A DNA stretch of 33,242 nt, taken from assembly GCF_001194135.2 (NCBI RefSeq), contig NC_069000.1:27416492-27449733 (forward strand), written 5' to 3'. Made by a program: the position numbers and the translations under genes. This DNA is from Octopus bimaculoides (Eukaryota). Positions 1 to 12,163 of the stretch are shown here, in pieces. The notes below the pieces were generated by a model that was not told where the DNA came from, searched no databases, and saw only the letters and a list, made by a program, of their open reading frames with translations. Each line of letters begins with the position of its first letter. The stretch's first letter is position 1.

Positions 1-17
1 TTTTCCTTTTTAAATTA

Positions 18-1024
18 TTGGGTTGTCCGGAAAGTTCGTGCCGATTTTTAAAGGAAAGAAAAAGGTCAATAAATACTTGCCATTACATTTTTAATCAACC
101 AAATATGAACCATTTTGTTGCACAGTCCGTCTTCATCTTTCTTTTAACTTGAAAATACCCTCTTCCCAGAATTGAGGTGAGTTCATGGCAAAGAATTCAT
201 CAAGGTATCTTTTTACGTCATCCAAGGAATTGAAATTTTTATCATTAAGACTATTCTGCAGAGACCTGAATAAGTGGAAACCCGAAGGAGCAATATCTGG
301 TGAATATGGAGGGTGGGTGAACACATCACAGCCGAGTTGCAGCAATTTTTGTCTGGTTCCCAAAGAAACGTGCGGTCTTGCATTATCATGTTGGAAAACA
401 ACGCCCTTCCTGTTGGCCAATTCTGGACGTTTCTCTTGAATTGCTGCTTTTAACTCGTCCAGTTGTGTGCAGTATTTCTCAGAATTAATTGTCTGGTTAC
501 TTAGGAGAAGCTCATAGTACAGAATTCCTTTCCAATCCCACCAGACACAAAGCAAGACTTTTTTATGGTGAAGACCCACTTTTGGAGTGGCTAAGGTGGC
601 TTACTCCAGGATCGCTTTCTCTGAACATTTTGGTCGATAATCCATTTCCCATCACTTGTCACAATTTGCTTTAAAAAAGGCGCGTTTTCATTCCGTTTAT
701 AAAATGAATCACAGATGGAAATGCGATCGAAAAGGTTCTTCTCACTCAACTCATGTGGCACCCAAACACCGTAGCGATTTGTGTACCCAAGCTTTACCAG
801 GTGCTCATGAACGACGAATTTTGATAGGTTGAAGCTTTCTGACAATTCTCGGGTTGTGCAATGTGGGTTATTCTCAATTAATGACTTGATTTGGACATCA
901 TCTGTAGTGGATGGTCTGCCTGATTGCTCTTTATCAATAAGGCTACAATCTCCAGCTCGGAACCTTGCGAACCACTTCCGTACAGTTCTTTCGGATAAAG
1001 AAACATCACCGTAAACTGCGCATA
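18..1024 (-). mobile_element. Tc1/mariner (D,D34D mariner) element; the end carrying the transposase start is lost in the N gap
   Basis: TA at 16-17 precedes a TIR-like TTGGGTTGTCCGGAAAGTTCGTGCCGATTT, followed by a frameshifted mariner transposase on the minus strand. Confidence 0.9.
133..1024 (-). pseudogene. mariner transposase, frameshifted near 585
   Basis: HTH region (SERTVRKWFARF..SGRP), WVPHEL, IVTSDGKW (D1), QHDNARPH (D2) and HPPYSPDIAPSGFHLF (YSPDLAPSD with D3 changed to G). Confidence 0.92.
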
Positions 1025-1861
1025 NNNNNNNNNNNNNNNNNNNNNNNNNNNNNNNNNNNNNNNNNNNNNNNNNNNNNNNNNNNNNNNNNNNNNNNNNNNN
1101 NNNNNNNNNNNNNNNNNNNNNNNNNNNNNNNNNNNNNNNNNNNNNNNNNNNNNNNNNNNNNNNNNNNNNNNNNNNNNNNNNNNNNNNNNNNNNNNNNNNN
1201 NNNNNNNNNNNNNNNNNNNNNNNNNNNNNNNNNNNNNNNNNNNNNNNNNNNNNNNNNNNNNNNNNNNNNNNNNNNNNNNNNNNNNNNNNNNNNNNNNNNN
1301 NNNNNNNNNNNNNNNNNNNNNNNNNNNNNNNNNNNNNNNNNNNNNNNNNNNNNNNNNNNNNNNNNNNNNNNNNNNNNNNNNNNNNNNNNNNNNNNNNNNN
1401 NNNNNNNNNNNNNNNNNNNNNNNNNNNNNNNNNNNNNNNNNNNNNNNNNNNNNNNNNNNNNNNNNNNNNNNNNNNNNNNNNNNNNNNNNNNNNNNNNNNN
1501 NNNNNNNNNNNNNNNNNNNNNNNNNNNNNNNNNNNNNNNNNNNNNNNNNNNNNNNNNNNNNNNNNNNNNNNNNNNNNNNNNNNNNNNNNNNNNNNNNNNN
1601 NNNNNNNNNNNNNNNNNNNNNNNNNNNNNNNNNNNNNNNNNNNNNNNNNNNNNNNNNNNNNNNNNNNNNNNNNNNNNNNNNNNNNNNNNNNNNNNNNNNN
1701 NNNNNNNNNNNNNNNNNNNNNNNNNNNNNNNNNNNNNNNNNNNNNNNNNNNNNNNNNNNNNNNNNNNNNNNNNNNNNNNNNNNNGACGTAATTTAAAAAT
1801 TTCACAATATGTGACAGCAACGGGGAAGCCCCCACAAAAGTTGACAGACAGTTATAGGATG

Positions 1862-1913
<52 letters not shown>
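1862..1913. repeat. (CA)n microsatellite, followed by TATG/TG-rich simple repeats to about 2210
   Basis: Read directly from the sequence. Confidence 0.97.
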
Positions 1914-1915
<2 letters not shown>

Positions 1916-2410
1916 TTACAAACGTATACACAAGTAATCACGAGTTTAAAATGGTGTATAGTAGACATGTGTATGTACATACGTACGTATTTATGTATAA
2001 TGTATATATGTATATATGTATGTATGTATGTATGTGTGTGTCTGTCTGTGTGTGAGTGTTTCTTTGCAATGGACAGCAGAAAAGCCACAATCCCCTCTCT
2101 CCTTAAAGTTACGTATTCCTCACACCCACCTTTGTTTCCCTTCCTCGGCGTTTTAAAAGTTAGTTATGTGTATGTGCATGTGTGTGTGTGTATGTGTGTG
2201 TCTATTCATGTATCTATGTATTTACGAAAGTATGTATGCAGTGTCACGTGTATATCCGTGAATGACAGCTGTATCAACGTTACATCCCACTTCTACTCCA
2301 TATTTGTCGCTTACACAACGCTGTTCTCTCCTTCCCTGATATCAGCGACACTCACTATGCTACCACATTACCCTCACTCTAACACTCTTTGCACCCTTCT
2401 CATTTTATCA

Positions 2411-2600
2411 AATAATAGCCTAACCCTCCTAAGGGGCCTATTATAGATTTTTGTTGAAATCCAATTAGCTTATAATTGAACTGGATGTTAGTTTAACATG
2501 TATGCAAAGTTTCATCAATATTGGCTCACTGGTGTAGGTAGCAAAATGGTAACAGACAGATCGAAAGACAGAAATTGCCATTTATGTTACATATATTGAG
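2411..2600 (+). mobile_element. possible 3' end of a non-autonomous Helitron-related (Lep1/DINE-1/HINE-like) element
   Basis: Motif order TAGCCTA ... TATGCAAAGTTTCATCAA ... GGTAACAGACAGA ... CATTTATGTTACATATA resembles recalled 3' ends of Lep1/DINE-type elements. No terminus confirmed. Confidence 0.3.
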
Positions 2601-4204
2601 AGAAAAACAAAAGTGAGTGTCTGAGCGCGTGCGTGCGTGCGTGCTTGTAGCTGCATGTTCTAATTCTCTGTAATTTCTAATCGATATCTCAATCTTGTGA
2701 CGTCTACGCTCTGAAAATTTACTCCAGCTGCAGAAGGCGAAAGCAATTGGGGTAAAAAGACAATAGTACAGACTTGTTTACATTCACTGAAAACATGAAG
2801 GAGCTGCTGCTGCTGCTGCTGGACGTTGATGTACCACTACTTTAGTATTGACGTTAACGTTGCTAATATACCTAGTTGAGTTGTTGTAGCTACCTATGCG
2901 GCTATTGTTGTTGTTTAACTCCGAATCAGATCAGCCATGACCATGCCGTCTAGGATTTCATTATGTGATGCGTCCTCATATTAAGACTTTGGAGTATGAT
3001 TTGAGGGAGATTTGCCATATCTTCTTGGTGCTAGTTGTGGCAGTAGAGGTTGCGGTGGCAGTGATGATGTTGTTTGTGCTTGTGTTCGCGGTGGGGTAAT
3101 CACAGGAAAGCGGTTAAACCTCATGTCAGCTCTGATCGAATAGTACTATGGAGATTTGGCCGCAATTTCTAACAGGACGAATGATCACGTAGAGGCTCCG
3201 TTGGTTCGTACAATAGTTGTATAGTGATGATAGTGGAAAGTATGGTGATGATAGTGAAGATGATAGATGCAAATTATATATGGTAGTANNNNNNNNNNNN
3301 NNNNNNNNNNNNNNNNNNNNNNNNNNNNNNNNNNNNNNNNNNNNNNNNNNNNNNNNNNNNNNNNNNNNNNNNNNNNNNNNNNNNNNNNNNNNNNNNNNNN
3401 NNNNNNNNNNNNNNNNNNNNNNNNNNNNNNNNNNNNNNNNNNNNNNNNNNNNNNNNNNNNNNNNNNNNNNNNNNNNNNNNNNNNNNNNNNNNNNNNNNNN
3501 NNNNNNNNNNNNNNNNGTTTATAAATTTCATTACATATTTATTGAAATAGGAGAGAGTGGGTTTGAATATAAGAAAGAAAGGAAACGAAGAAGGAAGAAC
3601 TAAAGAAATAAAAGAAAACAGAAACTGTAAAAACAACACCGTTAGAGAGTGGAGAGAAAAGCATTTCAAAATAATATGACAGTGAATAAAGGAGAAACAA
3701 ATGAAGAATAGGAGGTGAGGAAGGTTGGTAGGCAAGAGAGAAGTAAAGGAGGGAGAACACGAAATCGAAAGAGTGAAGGACAGAGATGACGCATGAAAAA
3801 TATGGAAAAGAGAGAAGCAGGGTAAGAGAGAGAGAAGAGAGAAAATGTGGTGTGTGTGTGTGTAAGAGAAAGATAGAGAGAACGTGATAAAGAAAGAGGA
3901 GAAAATATAAAATAAGAGCGAAAGATGACTAGAGAAGTCTTGCATATAAGAAAGAGAGAAAGTATAAACGAAAGAGAAAAATATTAAGGAGGGGAAGAGT
4001 ACATGAAACACACAGCAAAGAAGAGAAAGAAAGAAAAGAGGAAAATGTAAAATGAAAATAGAGGTGAAGGAAAGAGAACATCAAAAATGAAAGGAGAAAA
4101 TCAGGAAAAAGAACAATAATAAACAAAGATGAGGAAGAAATCGAAGTGGAAAATAGGAGAAAGTGACAGATAGAAAAAGCGAAGGATAGACGAAAGAGAA
4201 AGTG

Positions 4205-4286
4205 GAAGAAGAAGAAGAAGAAGAAGAAGAAGAAGAAGAAGAAGAAGAAGAAGAAGAAGAAGAAGAAGAAGAAGAAGAAGAAGAAG

Positions 4287-4326
<40 letters not shown>
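4205..4326. repeat. compound (GAA)n(CAA)n microsatellite
   Basis: Read directly; source of the polyE/polyQ ORF 4202-4387. Confidence 0.97.
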
Positions 4327-4327
<1 letters not shown>

Positions 4328-4575
4328 ATTAGAAACATATCTATAAAGAAAAGAGGAAAAAGAAGGAAAGCAAGAAAGAAACAATGAAAGCAGAGTGAAA
4401 AGAGATGGTGAATGAGAAAGTAGATGATAAAAAGGGGAAAAAACTGAATGAGTAATTGAGGTGGAGTGATTAATAGATTTTCAATAAAAAGTACGCAAAA
4501 GAACTGGAATGCTTTACAGAATGATAATCTAACAGAATGACCGAATAAAAGATAACTAGAACGAGAATGGAAGGA

Positions 4576-4576
4576 C

Positions 4577-4618
<42 letters not shown>

Positions 4619-4640
4619 TAGATAGATAGATAGATAGATA
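4576..4640. repeat. compound (GACA)n(GATA)n microsatellite
   Basis: Read directly. Confidence 0.96.
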
Positions 4641-5108
4641 GGGATGGAGGTAGATATATAGGAGAGAAGGGCAGGTTGACAAAAAAATACGAGAACAAAA
4701 GAGTGAAGGTAAAGAGATTAAAGGAAAGCCAGTGTGAAAGAAGGGGGAAGAATGTGAGAGAGGGGAAACAAAGAGAGAACGAGATGTAGAGTCTGGAAAA
4801 TAGATAGAAACATAGAAAGAGAGAGAGAGAGAGATTAAATAAAAAGAAATCTAAAAGAAGCAAANNNNNNNNNNNNNNNNNNNNNNNNNNNNNNNNNNNN
4901 NNNNNNNNNNNNNNNNNNNNNNNNNNNNNNNNNNNNNNNNNNNNNNNNNNNNNNNNNNNNNNNNNNNNNNNNNNNNNNNNNNNNNNNNNNNNNNNNNNNN
5001 NNNNNNNNNNNNNNNNNNNNNNNNNNNNNNNNNNNNNNNNNNNNNNNNNNNNNNNNNNNNNNNNNNNNNNNNNNNNNNNNNNNNNNNNNNNNNNNNNNNN
5101 NNNNNNNN

Positions 5109-5493
5109 ATGCGTGAGGTGGTGGTGGTGGTGATGGTGGTAGTAATATCGGGAGGGGAGGAGCTACTGCTAATAATGCTGCTGCTTCTGTTGCTACCGAT
5201 ATTACTGCTTGCTGCTGTAATTATTACTGTTGCTGCAGTTGCTACTGCTACGCTATTATCTGTTGGAGGTAGGGTGGTCGAGGGTGACGAGATTGCCAGC
5301 GAGGCTAGAAATTGTTGTGTTGCTATTGCAAATGGTATTAGTAATGTAACAGGTGGCAATAATCTAGTGCTTGTGAGCGTAGTGCTAGGATGTAAGAAGC
5401 AGAGTGGTAATGTCACTGATGACATTGAAGGTACTACAGTTGGTGGTGGTAGCGTTGCTGATGACTGGGTGATGCTTGTAGTACTAGTTGTGA

Positions 5494-5552
<59 letters not shown>

Positions 5553-5870
5553 CTCGTGCTATAGGCGGTGATGGTGAAAGTTGTTGGGGTGCTGATGATG
5601 TCAGAGCTGGTGGTGGTACGGTACTGATGATGGTACTGGAAGCCTTATGGTTGCAGAGAGGCTACTTGAGGTATTTATAAAAAGGGTAGTGTTGTTAGTA
5701 GTTGTGGTAGTAGTGGTATTGGTAGTGCGGGTGGTGGCAGTGGTAGTGTTATAGAAACTGGAGCTCTTTGGGGGGGGGGGTAGTGTTGGTGGGGTTGGTG
5801 ATTGCAACGGCAGCGGCGGCGAGGAAGTGGTGGAAGAGTTGTTCATAATGGTGGAAGAGTGCATGACGGT
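5109..5870. repeat. GGT/GTA/GCT-rich low-complexity block including (GTA)n at about 5495-5551
   Basis: Degenerate trinucleotide repeats that explain the V-, T- and S-rich ORFs. Confidence 0.88.
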
Positions 5871-5971
5871 TGTCTGGAGGCACTTTAGTTGAGACTAGAA
5901 ATGCTAAACCTATCAGAGATGCATCTCCATGTCCATGTGCGTGAGTGCATTAGTGTGGACATGTATCTTAT

Positions 5972-6154
5972 ATCTTTTATGTTTTGTTTCAGTCATTAGA
6001 CTGTGGCCATGTTGGAACACCGCCTTGAAGAATTTTATTCAAGCCAATCGACCTCAGAACTTATTTTAAAAGCCAGGTACTTAAACTATTGGTCTCTTTT
6101 GTCAAACCACTAGATCACAGGTACGTAAACTCACCGACATAGGTTGTCAAGCGG
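5972..6154 (-). mobile_element. SINE family A, 3' module only
   Basis: TTTCAGTCATTAGACTGTGGCCATG..CACCGCCTTG..GGTCTCTTTTG..GGTTGTCAAGCGG is homologous to 13278-13440 and 26279-26472, and in reverse to 15800-15989. Confidence 0.85.
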
Positions 6155-7451
6155 ACACACGGACACACATATATCTACATACATACATATACATATATAT
6201 AATCTATAATAAAATATGATATATATATATAAAAGAGAGTTTGTATGTGTGTGTGTGTGTATGTTCCTTATGCATTCCAAAACCGAGTTGTCAATTTTCA
6301 CATATGAGGTATCAAAAGATTCAGTAGGCTTTTGGCTACCAACTAAACTATATTTTCATTCACATATTTGTATTACAAATATTTAACATTAGTTACCTAT
6401 CGTAAACGACATTTTATATCGCCACTACAACGACGATGACGTCACATTTTCTATATGAGCGTTTTCGCACGTTCGTTACCTACGTCAGGCCGATGACTGA
6501 CAAGTATAAGTGTGTGACGGTGTATGTGTCTGTCAGTATACATGCATTTTTGTGACGACTGACACACACAGGGACAGAGATAGGCTTTAGGTTTGCGTTA
6601 ATGTATGTGTGTGTGTGCCTTAGTTTATGTATGTAACTTTTTCCTGCCCAACAGTGAAACGCTCCGATATTGAAAGTTTAGTTGCTGCGTGGACTTTAAA
6701 GGAGCAACAACGTTCACTTTGAAGTACTACCAACATGAAGATTTGGCTGATTTAACACCACTAACAATACTCAAAAATATATCTGAAAAAAAAATGTTAT
6801 TCTGGTTGTTATAAAATATTCGGAAACTTGGCGAAGTAGAAAGCCTCAGCAGCTCTTTCAATATAATTACAGAAATATTCCACTCCATCTAATCAGTTTC
6901 AAAATAATTTTTAATAGTCCTCCTAAGCTTCTTCATCACTGTGAGTATCAACGTCGCACAACCTTTTTACTGCGTTAGTCAGTATTTATTCTACACACAC
7001 GTTACACAGTTAAAAAATATGTAGTAATGTCAAATTAAATTATATCTTGCTACATACATCCTTCAGCAAATATTTTAAATTAACGTTCACAATAACAGCA
7101 TCTTCCTTTCTATACACTTGCTTCAGTGTTCGTTTCAAAATTGTAAAATAAATTATTTTTGTATAAAAAATTGAATTATGCCTTCTGAATTTTCTTGGAC
7201 TTTCACTTTCTTAATCGTGATATTCAATCATGAATTTTATAACATTTAGTATATGTTTCAAATAAATGTTGACTTTCTGTACTTTGTTACATTGGTGACG
7301 TATCGTAACTTTTGCTAAATTGATGACTTTCCATTTTTTTATAGCATAACTATGCTACAGAAAGTATGTTTTGCACCTATATTGACTACATTTCGTTTCG
7401 CTTGAAGTTCGTACCTGTACATTATGCTATTTTCAATATTATCAATTCTAT

Positions 7452-7453
<2 letters not shown>

Positions 7454-7494
<41 letters not shown>

Positions 7495-7512
7495 TGTGTG
7501 CGTGTGTGTGTT
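7454..7512. repeat. (TG)n microsatellite
   Basis: Read directly. Confidence 0.96.
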
Positions 7513-8196
7513 TCTGCATTCCTTACATCTATAGTAAACTATAGTAAAGAACATTATACGCTGTTTTAATGAGCTCACATCTAATGAAGTAGCCATCCTT
7601 ATGGTTAGTGACCCCATGAAAATCATGATAATCTCATTCATGTTCGACATAACAACCTTAAACGTATTTCACAGACTCATCCCTCTTATTATACTCTCCA
7701 ACATACTATTCTTCTGTGGGTATCATTTCAATTTTCCACGGATTGAACCTGCAACAGGATAGCCAATTACAAACAAAAAGGTGTCGTCAAATGACTTCTA
7801 TTCTTACCAACTGATGTTATGACCAGAACAATGAAATCAATTACACATGTCAAATAAACTTTACTTTCATTTACATATTTTCTACGTTATCTCAACAACA
7901 AGCTATAGTTTTTTCAAATACACTTCTCTACAACGACCAGGTTTCATTACAAAATGTAAAGTTTCACACTTTCAATTTGAACCAAAATTACAAAGTGTTG
8001 CATTACGAGAGTGACGATGTGTGAATAATGATAGTAATGTTTCTCCGAATTAGTCACATCTGTATTATAATCAAGAAAACTGTTTATTATCTATCTACCA
8101 AATAAACTATGTTTTTGACTCAAATAACCTCGACAACTAGGTTGGGTCGCACAATTTTGAGGTCATATTCAGACAATATTTCGATTTGCTTCCAAA

Positions 8197-8306
8197 GTTT
8201 CACTTTCGTCCGATGTTTCACTTTCGTCCGATGTTTCACTTTCGTCNNNNNNNNNNGTCCGATGTTTCACTTTCGTCCGATGTTTCACTTTCGTCCGATG
8301 TTTCAC
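8197..8306. repeat. 18-bp minisatellite GTTTCACTTTCGTCCGAT, at least 5 identical units, interrupted by a 10-N gap
   Basis: Units at 8197, 8215, 8233 (partial), 8264, 8282 and a partial at 8300. Confidence 0.95.
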
Positions 8307-8398
8307 GCATGCGTAGAATTCTATTCAGACAAACATTTCTAAAAATGTACATAAATTGCATTAAAAGATCCATTTTCTATATGTTATGGGGAAATACG

Positions 8399-8432
<34 letters not shown>

Positions 8433-8501
8433 TATCTCTCTTTCTCTCTCTCTCTCTCTCTCTTTCACGTACAAAAAAGATCTATGCATATGTATTTATG
8501 G

Positions 8502-8584
8502 GCGAAGGTAAAGATAAGGCACACCCGGTATTTAGGGTTAGGGTTACACCGAAAACGGGTGGTGTCTGTATTCTTTACCTCCGC
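8502..8584. repeat. imperfect inverted repeat with (TTAGGG)2 in the loop; possible MITE fragment
   Basis: Left arm GCGAAGGTAAAGATAAGGCACACCCG (8502-8527); reverse complement of the right arm GCGGAGGTAAAGAATACAGACACCACCCG (8556-8584); TTAGGGTTAGGGTTA at 8532-8546. Confidence 0.7.
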
Positions 8585-10222
8585 TATGTACGTGTGTATG
8601 AAAGATAATGTGTGTGCGTGTGTGAGAGAGAGGGAGAGCGAGGGAGTGCTACTTACACATACATGCAAAATATTCATACATCACAACACACACCTTCACT
8701 CACTCACTCACTCACTCACTCACTCTCTCTCTCTTTCTCTCACACACATACACACACACACACGTCCATTTCATATACATATACATCTTACACTTTCTCC
8801 TCTCACTTCAAAGCAAATGTCGCCTTTTCACTTTATCTTCTCTTTCAATTTCTGCTCTCTTCAAAGCATACAGAAATTAACGCAATTTTACGGAAATTAA
8901 CAATCATATGATCTCATATATGTCGAGTTGACAACTTTGCTTCTTCAGACGAAAGAATGCCATAAAATAACTTCCTTTGACACACATACACATACTCTAG
9001 GTAAAACATCTGTGCAGATCATGTTATTTTTTGCAGTGTTCACGCGCAAATTTACAGCTCAAATCCAATTGAAATGATCTTTTTCTATTGTGTAATTTGT
9101 GTTTGTGATGAGCGTATTTAAAAACCTGATCTTCGATATAAACTTAAAGCAAGTTTTCTCAGAAATCCTGTCTTTTATCTCTTCTTTCTAGCACATCTGA
9201 GGTGACATTTCCGTCCCCCTTATTATTTTTTTTCCTAAATTTCTTCCGATTCCTATGTTCGCGATACAAGAGATTAGGATTTCACCCACAAAAAACGTTC
9301 TCAATATTTTAATTTTCTCCCGCTCCTCACCAAATTCATTTTTTACTTTTTTCAAATTTTTATTCTTGGTAATACATGGAGAAAAAACAGAGTNNNNNNN
9401 NNNNNNNNNNNNNNNNNNNNNNNNNNNNNNNNNNNNNNNNNNNNNNNNNNNNNNNNNNNNNNNNNNNNNNNNNNNNNNNNNNNNNNNNNNNNNNNNNNNN
9501 NNNNNNNNNNNNNNNNNNNNNNNNNNNNNNNNNNNNNNNNNNNNNNNNNNNNNNNNNNNNNNNNNNNNNNNNNNNNNNNNNNNNNNNNNNNNNNNNNNNN
9601 NNNNNNNNNNNNNNNNNNNNNNNNNNNNNNNNNNNNNNNNNNNNNNNNNNNNNNNNNNNNNNNNNNNNNNNNNNNNNNNNNNNNNNNNNNNNNNNNNNNN
9701 NNNNNNNNNNNNNNNNNNNNNNNNNNNNNNNNNNNNNNNNNNNNNNNNNNNNNNNNNNNNNNNNNNNNNNNNNNNNNNNNNNNNNNNNNNNNNNNNNNNN
9801 NNNNTATAGATATATATATAATGGATAATGAAACAAAAAAATTCGGAAACAAAGTTACAAATTAAGAAATTGCGGTGGGGATAGGGGGAAATTGAAATAT
9901 TGAAATCGTGATTTCTGGACAAAATCGTCTTAACCCCCCTTTTATGTGATGAAAAAATACATAGGTTATGATCCTTCTTAAGAACAGAAAGCACTTTCTT
10001 GCAAATTGTACCCTCGTCCATCACTGTCAAACAAATAATAACTTCCATTATTCCATTAACTATATATCAGCTGTGCCGATTCTGCCCATAACAAAGGAGC
10101 AAATAATACAATGTGCTTGTCGGTCATAACACTCGGACAACGCCGGGATGCATTGCTAATGTATATCATGGCTAGTGTATATATTATATATATATATATA
10201 CTCAAGAGGGACCTAAAGATGA

Positions 10223-10729
10223 ATCAAATCCTCCAAACACACACGACAAAAATCAATGAAGAGGATTTTAACCCAAGCCAAATTACTTTCAACAATAACC
10301 ACAAAGCCGACAGTAAAAACGTGCGGGAGACATAACTGTGGGATTTGTATCAACATAATAGAAGGATCAGAATACTGATTAGAACAAGGCCAAAATTTTA
10401 CCATAAAAACTAACTTTACATGTGCATTTGAGAATTTGATTTACTTAATTACATAATCCGGACGCAAACGGCAATATATTGGACACACAAAAAACAACCT
10501 ACGTCAGAGGATGGCGGTGCAAAAATCCCAAATTACAATTATGGAATACAGGAAAATATCTATCAGCGAACACATAGACAGATGTGCATCCAATAAATAT
10601 CCCAAATTCACAACTTTTCCGTCATACAAATTCAGAGACAATGATAGCCAAAATGAACGCATTAGCAAGGAAATGCATTTGATATGAAAGTATCGACCGA
10701 GTCTAAATTCTTTAAGCTCAGAACACTGA
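10223..10729 (+). pseudogene. Penelope-like element C-terminal Cys-rich GIY-YIG endonuclease fragment (3 in-frame stops)
   Basis: One frame reads MKRILTQAKL..TVKTCGRHNCGIC..TCAFENLIYLIT*SGRKRQYIGHTKNNLRQRM..SEHIDRC..RISKEMHLI*KYRPSLN, matching the GIY-YIG pattern (LIY..YIG, R, H, E, N). Confidence 0.88.
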
Positions 10730-12163
10730 AACAATATGTATATTATTCATAAGAAATAAAGATGAGAGATTGAATAAATCCATTTCTGTGAAGACTTCAG
10801 GAGAGATAACTTTACGACGACTATTATTGCTGCTGCTGTGGCCACTCCTTTTGAAAACAATTTTGACCACTCTATTTAATTTACCATCACAGACAGCAGC
10901 TGAAGCTGCTACTGGCAATGACACGAAGATTAATGGAAATTACCACGTGCTCTTGCAGGAAAAAGTAAAGTACACTATAAACGTTTATTTTATTAATAAT
11001 TCTATTAATTTTTTTCTCTACATATTTCATTTAAGTACATATTTTTGATAAGGTTTACAAACAACCGAAACATCTAAAACTAAAACATTTCTTAATGTAT
11101 CTATATAAAGAAATTTAAATGTACCTAATTTTAAAAATGTAGCATTTTCGTTCTTCTTTTTTCATATATATATATATANNNNNNNNNNNNNNNNNNNNNN
11201 NNNNNNNNNNNNNNNNNNNNNNNNNNNNNNNNNNNNNNNNNNNNNNNNNNNNNNNNNNNNNNNNNNNNNNNNNNNNNNNNNNNNNNNNNNNNNNNNNNNN
11301 NNNNNNNNNNNNNNNNTAAGTTCATAAAGATTACAAATAAAATAGTCATTTCCCCCTTTCAGTAAAAAAAATCAAGTTGCAATATCCTTTTTTGTTACTT
11401 TCTTTTTCCTTCCCTCAATCATTTATACAATTTTCGGAGTGCCGCGGACTGAAAGATAGAAATTCTCCCTATGTTTTTATGAGATACTTTTTGAATCATG
11501 GGTAGTTGATCTTTTTTTCCTAAAGAGAAAATTTACTATTTTATTTAAAATAAAATATTAATCTTTATCATCTTAATCAAAAGACAGAAAAACAGACGAA
11601 ATTGAGTTGCAATGGGAGGAGCTGAATCTCATACGAATGGAAAACAAACAACAAACAGGTTGTACTTTATAATGAAACTCTTTTAAGAGCATTCAGATGC
11701 CACTGAAACGTTGAAATCGTTGTCTCAGTGAGATCAATTAAGTACGTCATCAAGTACATGCTGAAATGACCAAACTACTATTCAAATAAACAATGATAAC
11801 GAAATTAGTCAATATCTAATGGATAGGTATATATATCATATTTTAACTATAAATGTTTGTCTTATTCTAATTTAACTATTAATGTTCTCTATGGTTTTAA
11901 ATTTAGTACTTTAGTTTGTTGTATTATTCTAAATATACAGACGAATAGATATATTCTTAATAATTCTCCAATATCTTGACCTAAGTTCCCTCACCTTAAA
12001 TTTCCTCTAGCCACTCCTTAGGGTATTGTCCTTCCATTTCCATTTTTATTTCTATATGCACATTTTTTTCCTTTTTTCTTATCTCTTTTTTTCTCTTGCT
12101 TGATTTACCCCTAACCTGCTGTCCCTTACAAGAATTTAATTTTTATATATTCTAATTGGAGGG

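Larger units (their letters stand above)
3540..4864. repeat. strand-asymmetric GA-rich low-complexity block
   Basis: The plus strand is overwhelmingly A/G over about 1.3 kb, giving the spurious F/S/L-rich ORFs on the minus strand. Confidence 0.9.

Noticed and set aside
2983-3125. Short minus-strand Pro/Thr-rich frame MRFNRFPVITPPRTQ...
   Set aside because: About 47 codons, explained by GTG-rich low complexity, with no convincing splice sites or homology.
3274-5864. PolyE/Q, polyF/L, polyS/C, polyV and polyT ORFs
   Set aside because: Direct translations of trinucleotide and low-complexity repeats with no domain signal.
6640-7780. Possible degraded coding fragments or exons on the minus strand
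   Set aside because: All frames hit stops within about 55 codons and I recognised no motif. TBLASTX would be needed.
8197-8306. CRISPR-like appearance of regular repeats
   Set aside because: The units are contiguous with no spacers, there are no cas genes, and the context is eukaryotic.
9190-10050. Structured-looking sequence on both sides of a gap, possibly a non-autonomous DNA element
   Set aside because: No TIR, TSD or second copy visible, so it cannot be supported.
10718-11048. ORFs 10718-10924 (minus) and 10770-11048 (plus) as host exons
   Set aside because: No recognisable domain, and the candidate acceptor gives early stops in all frames.
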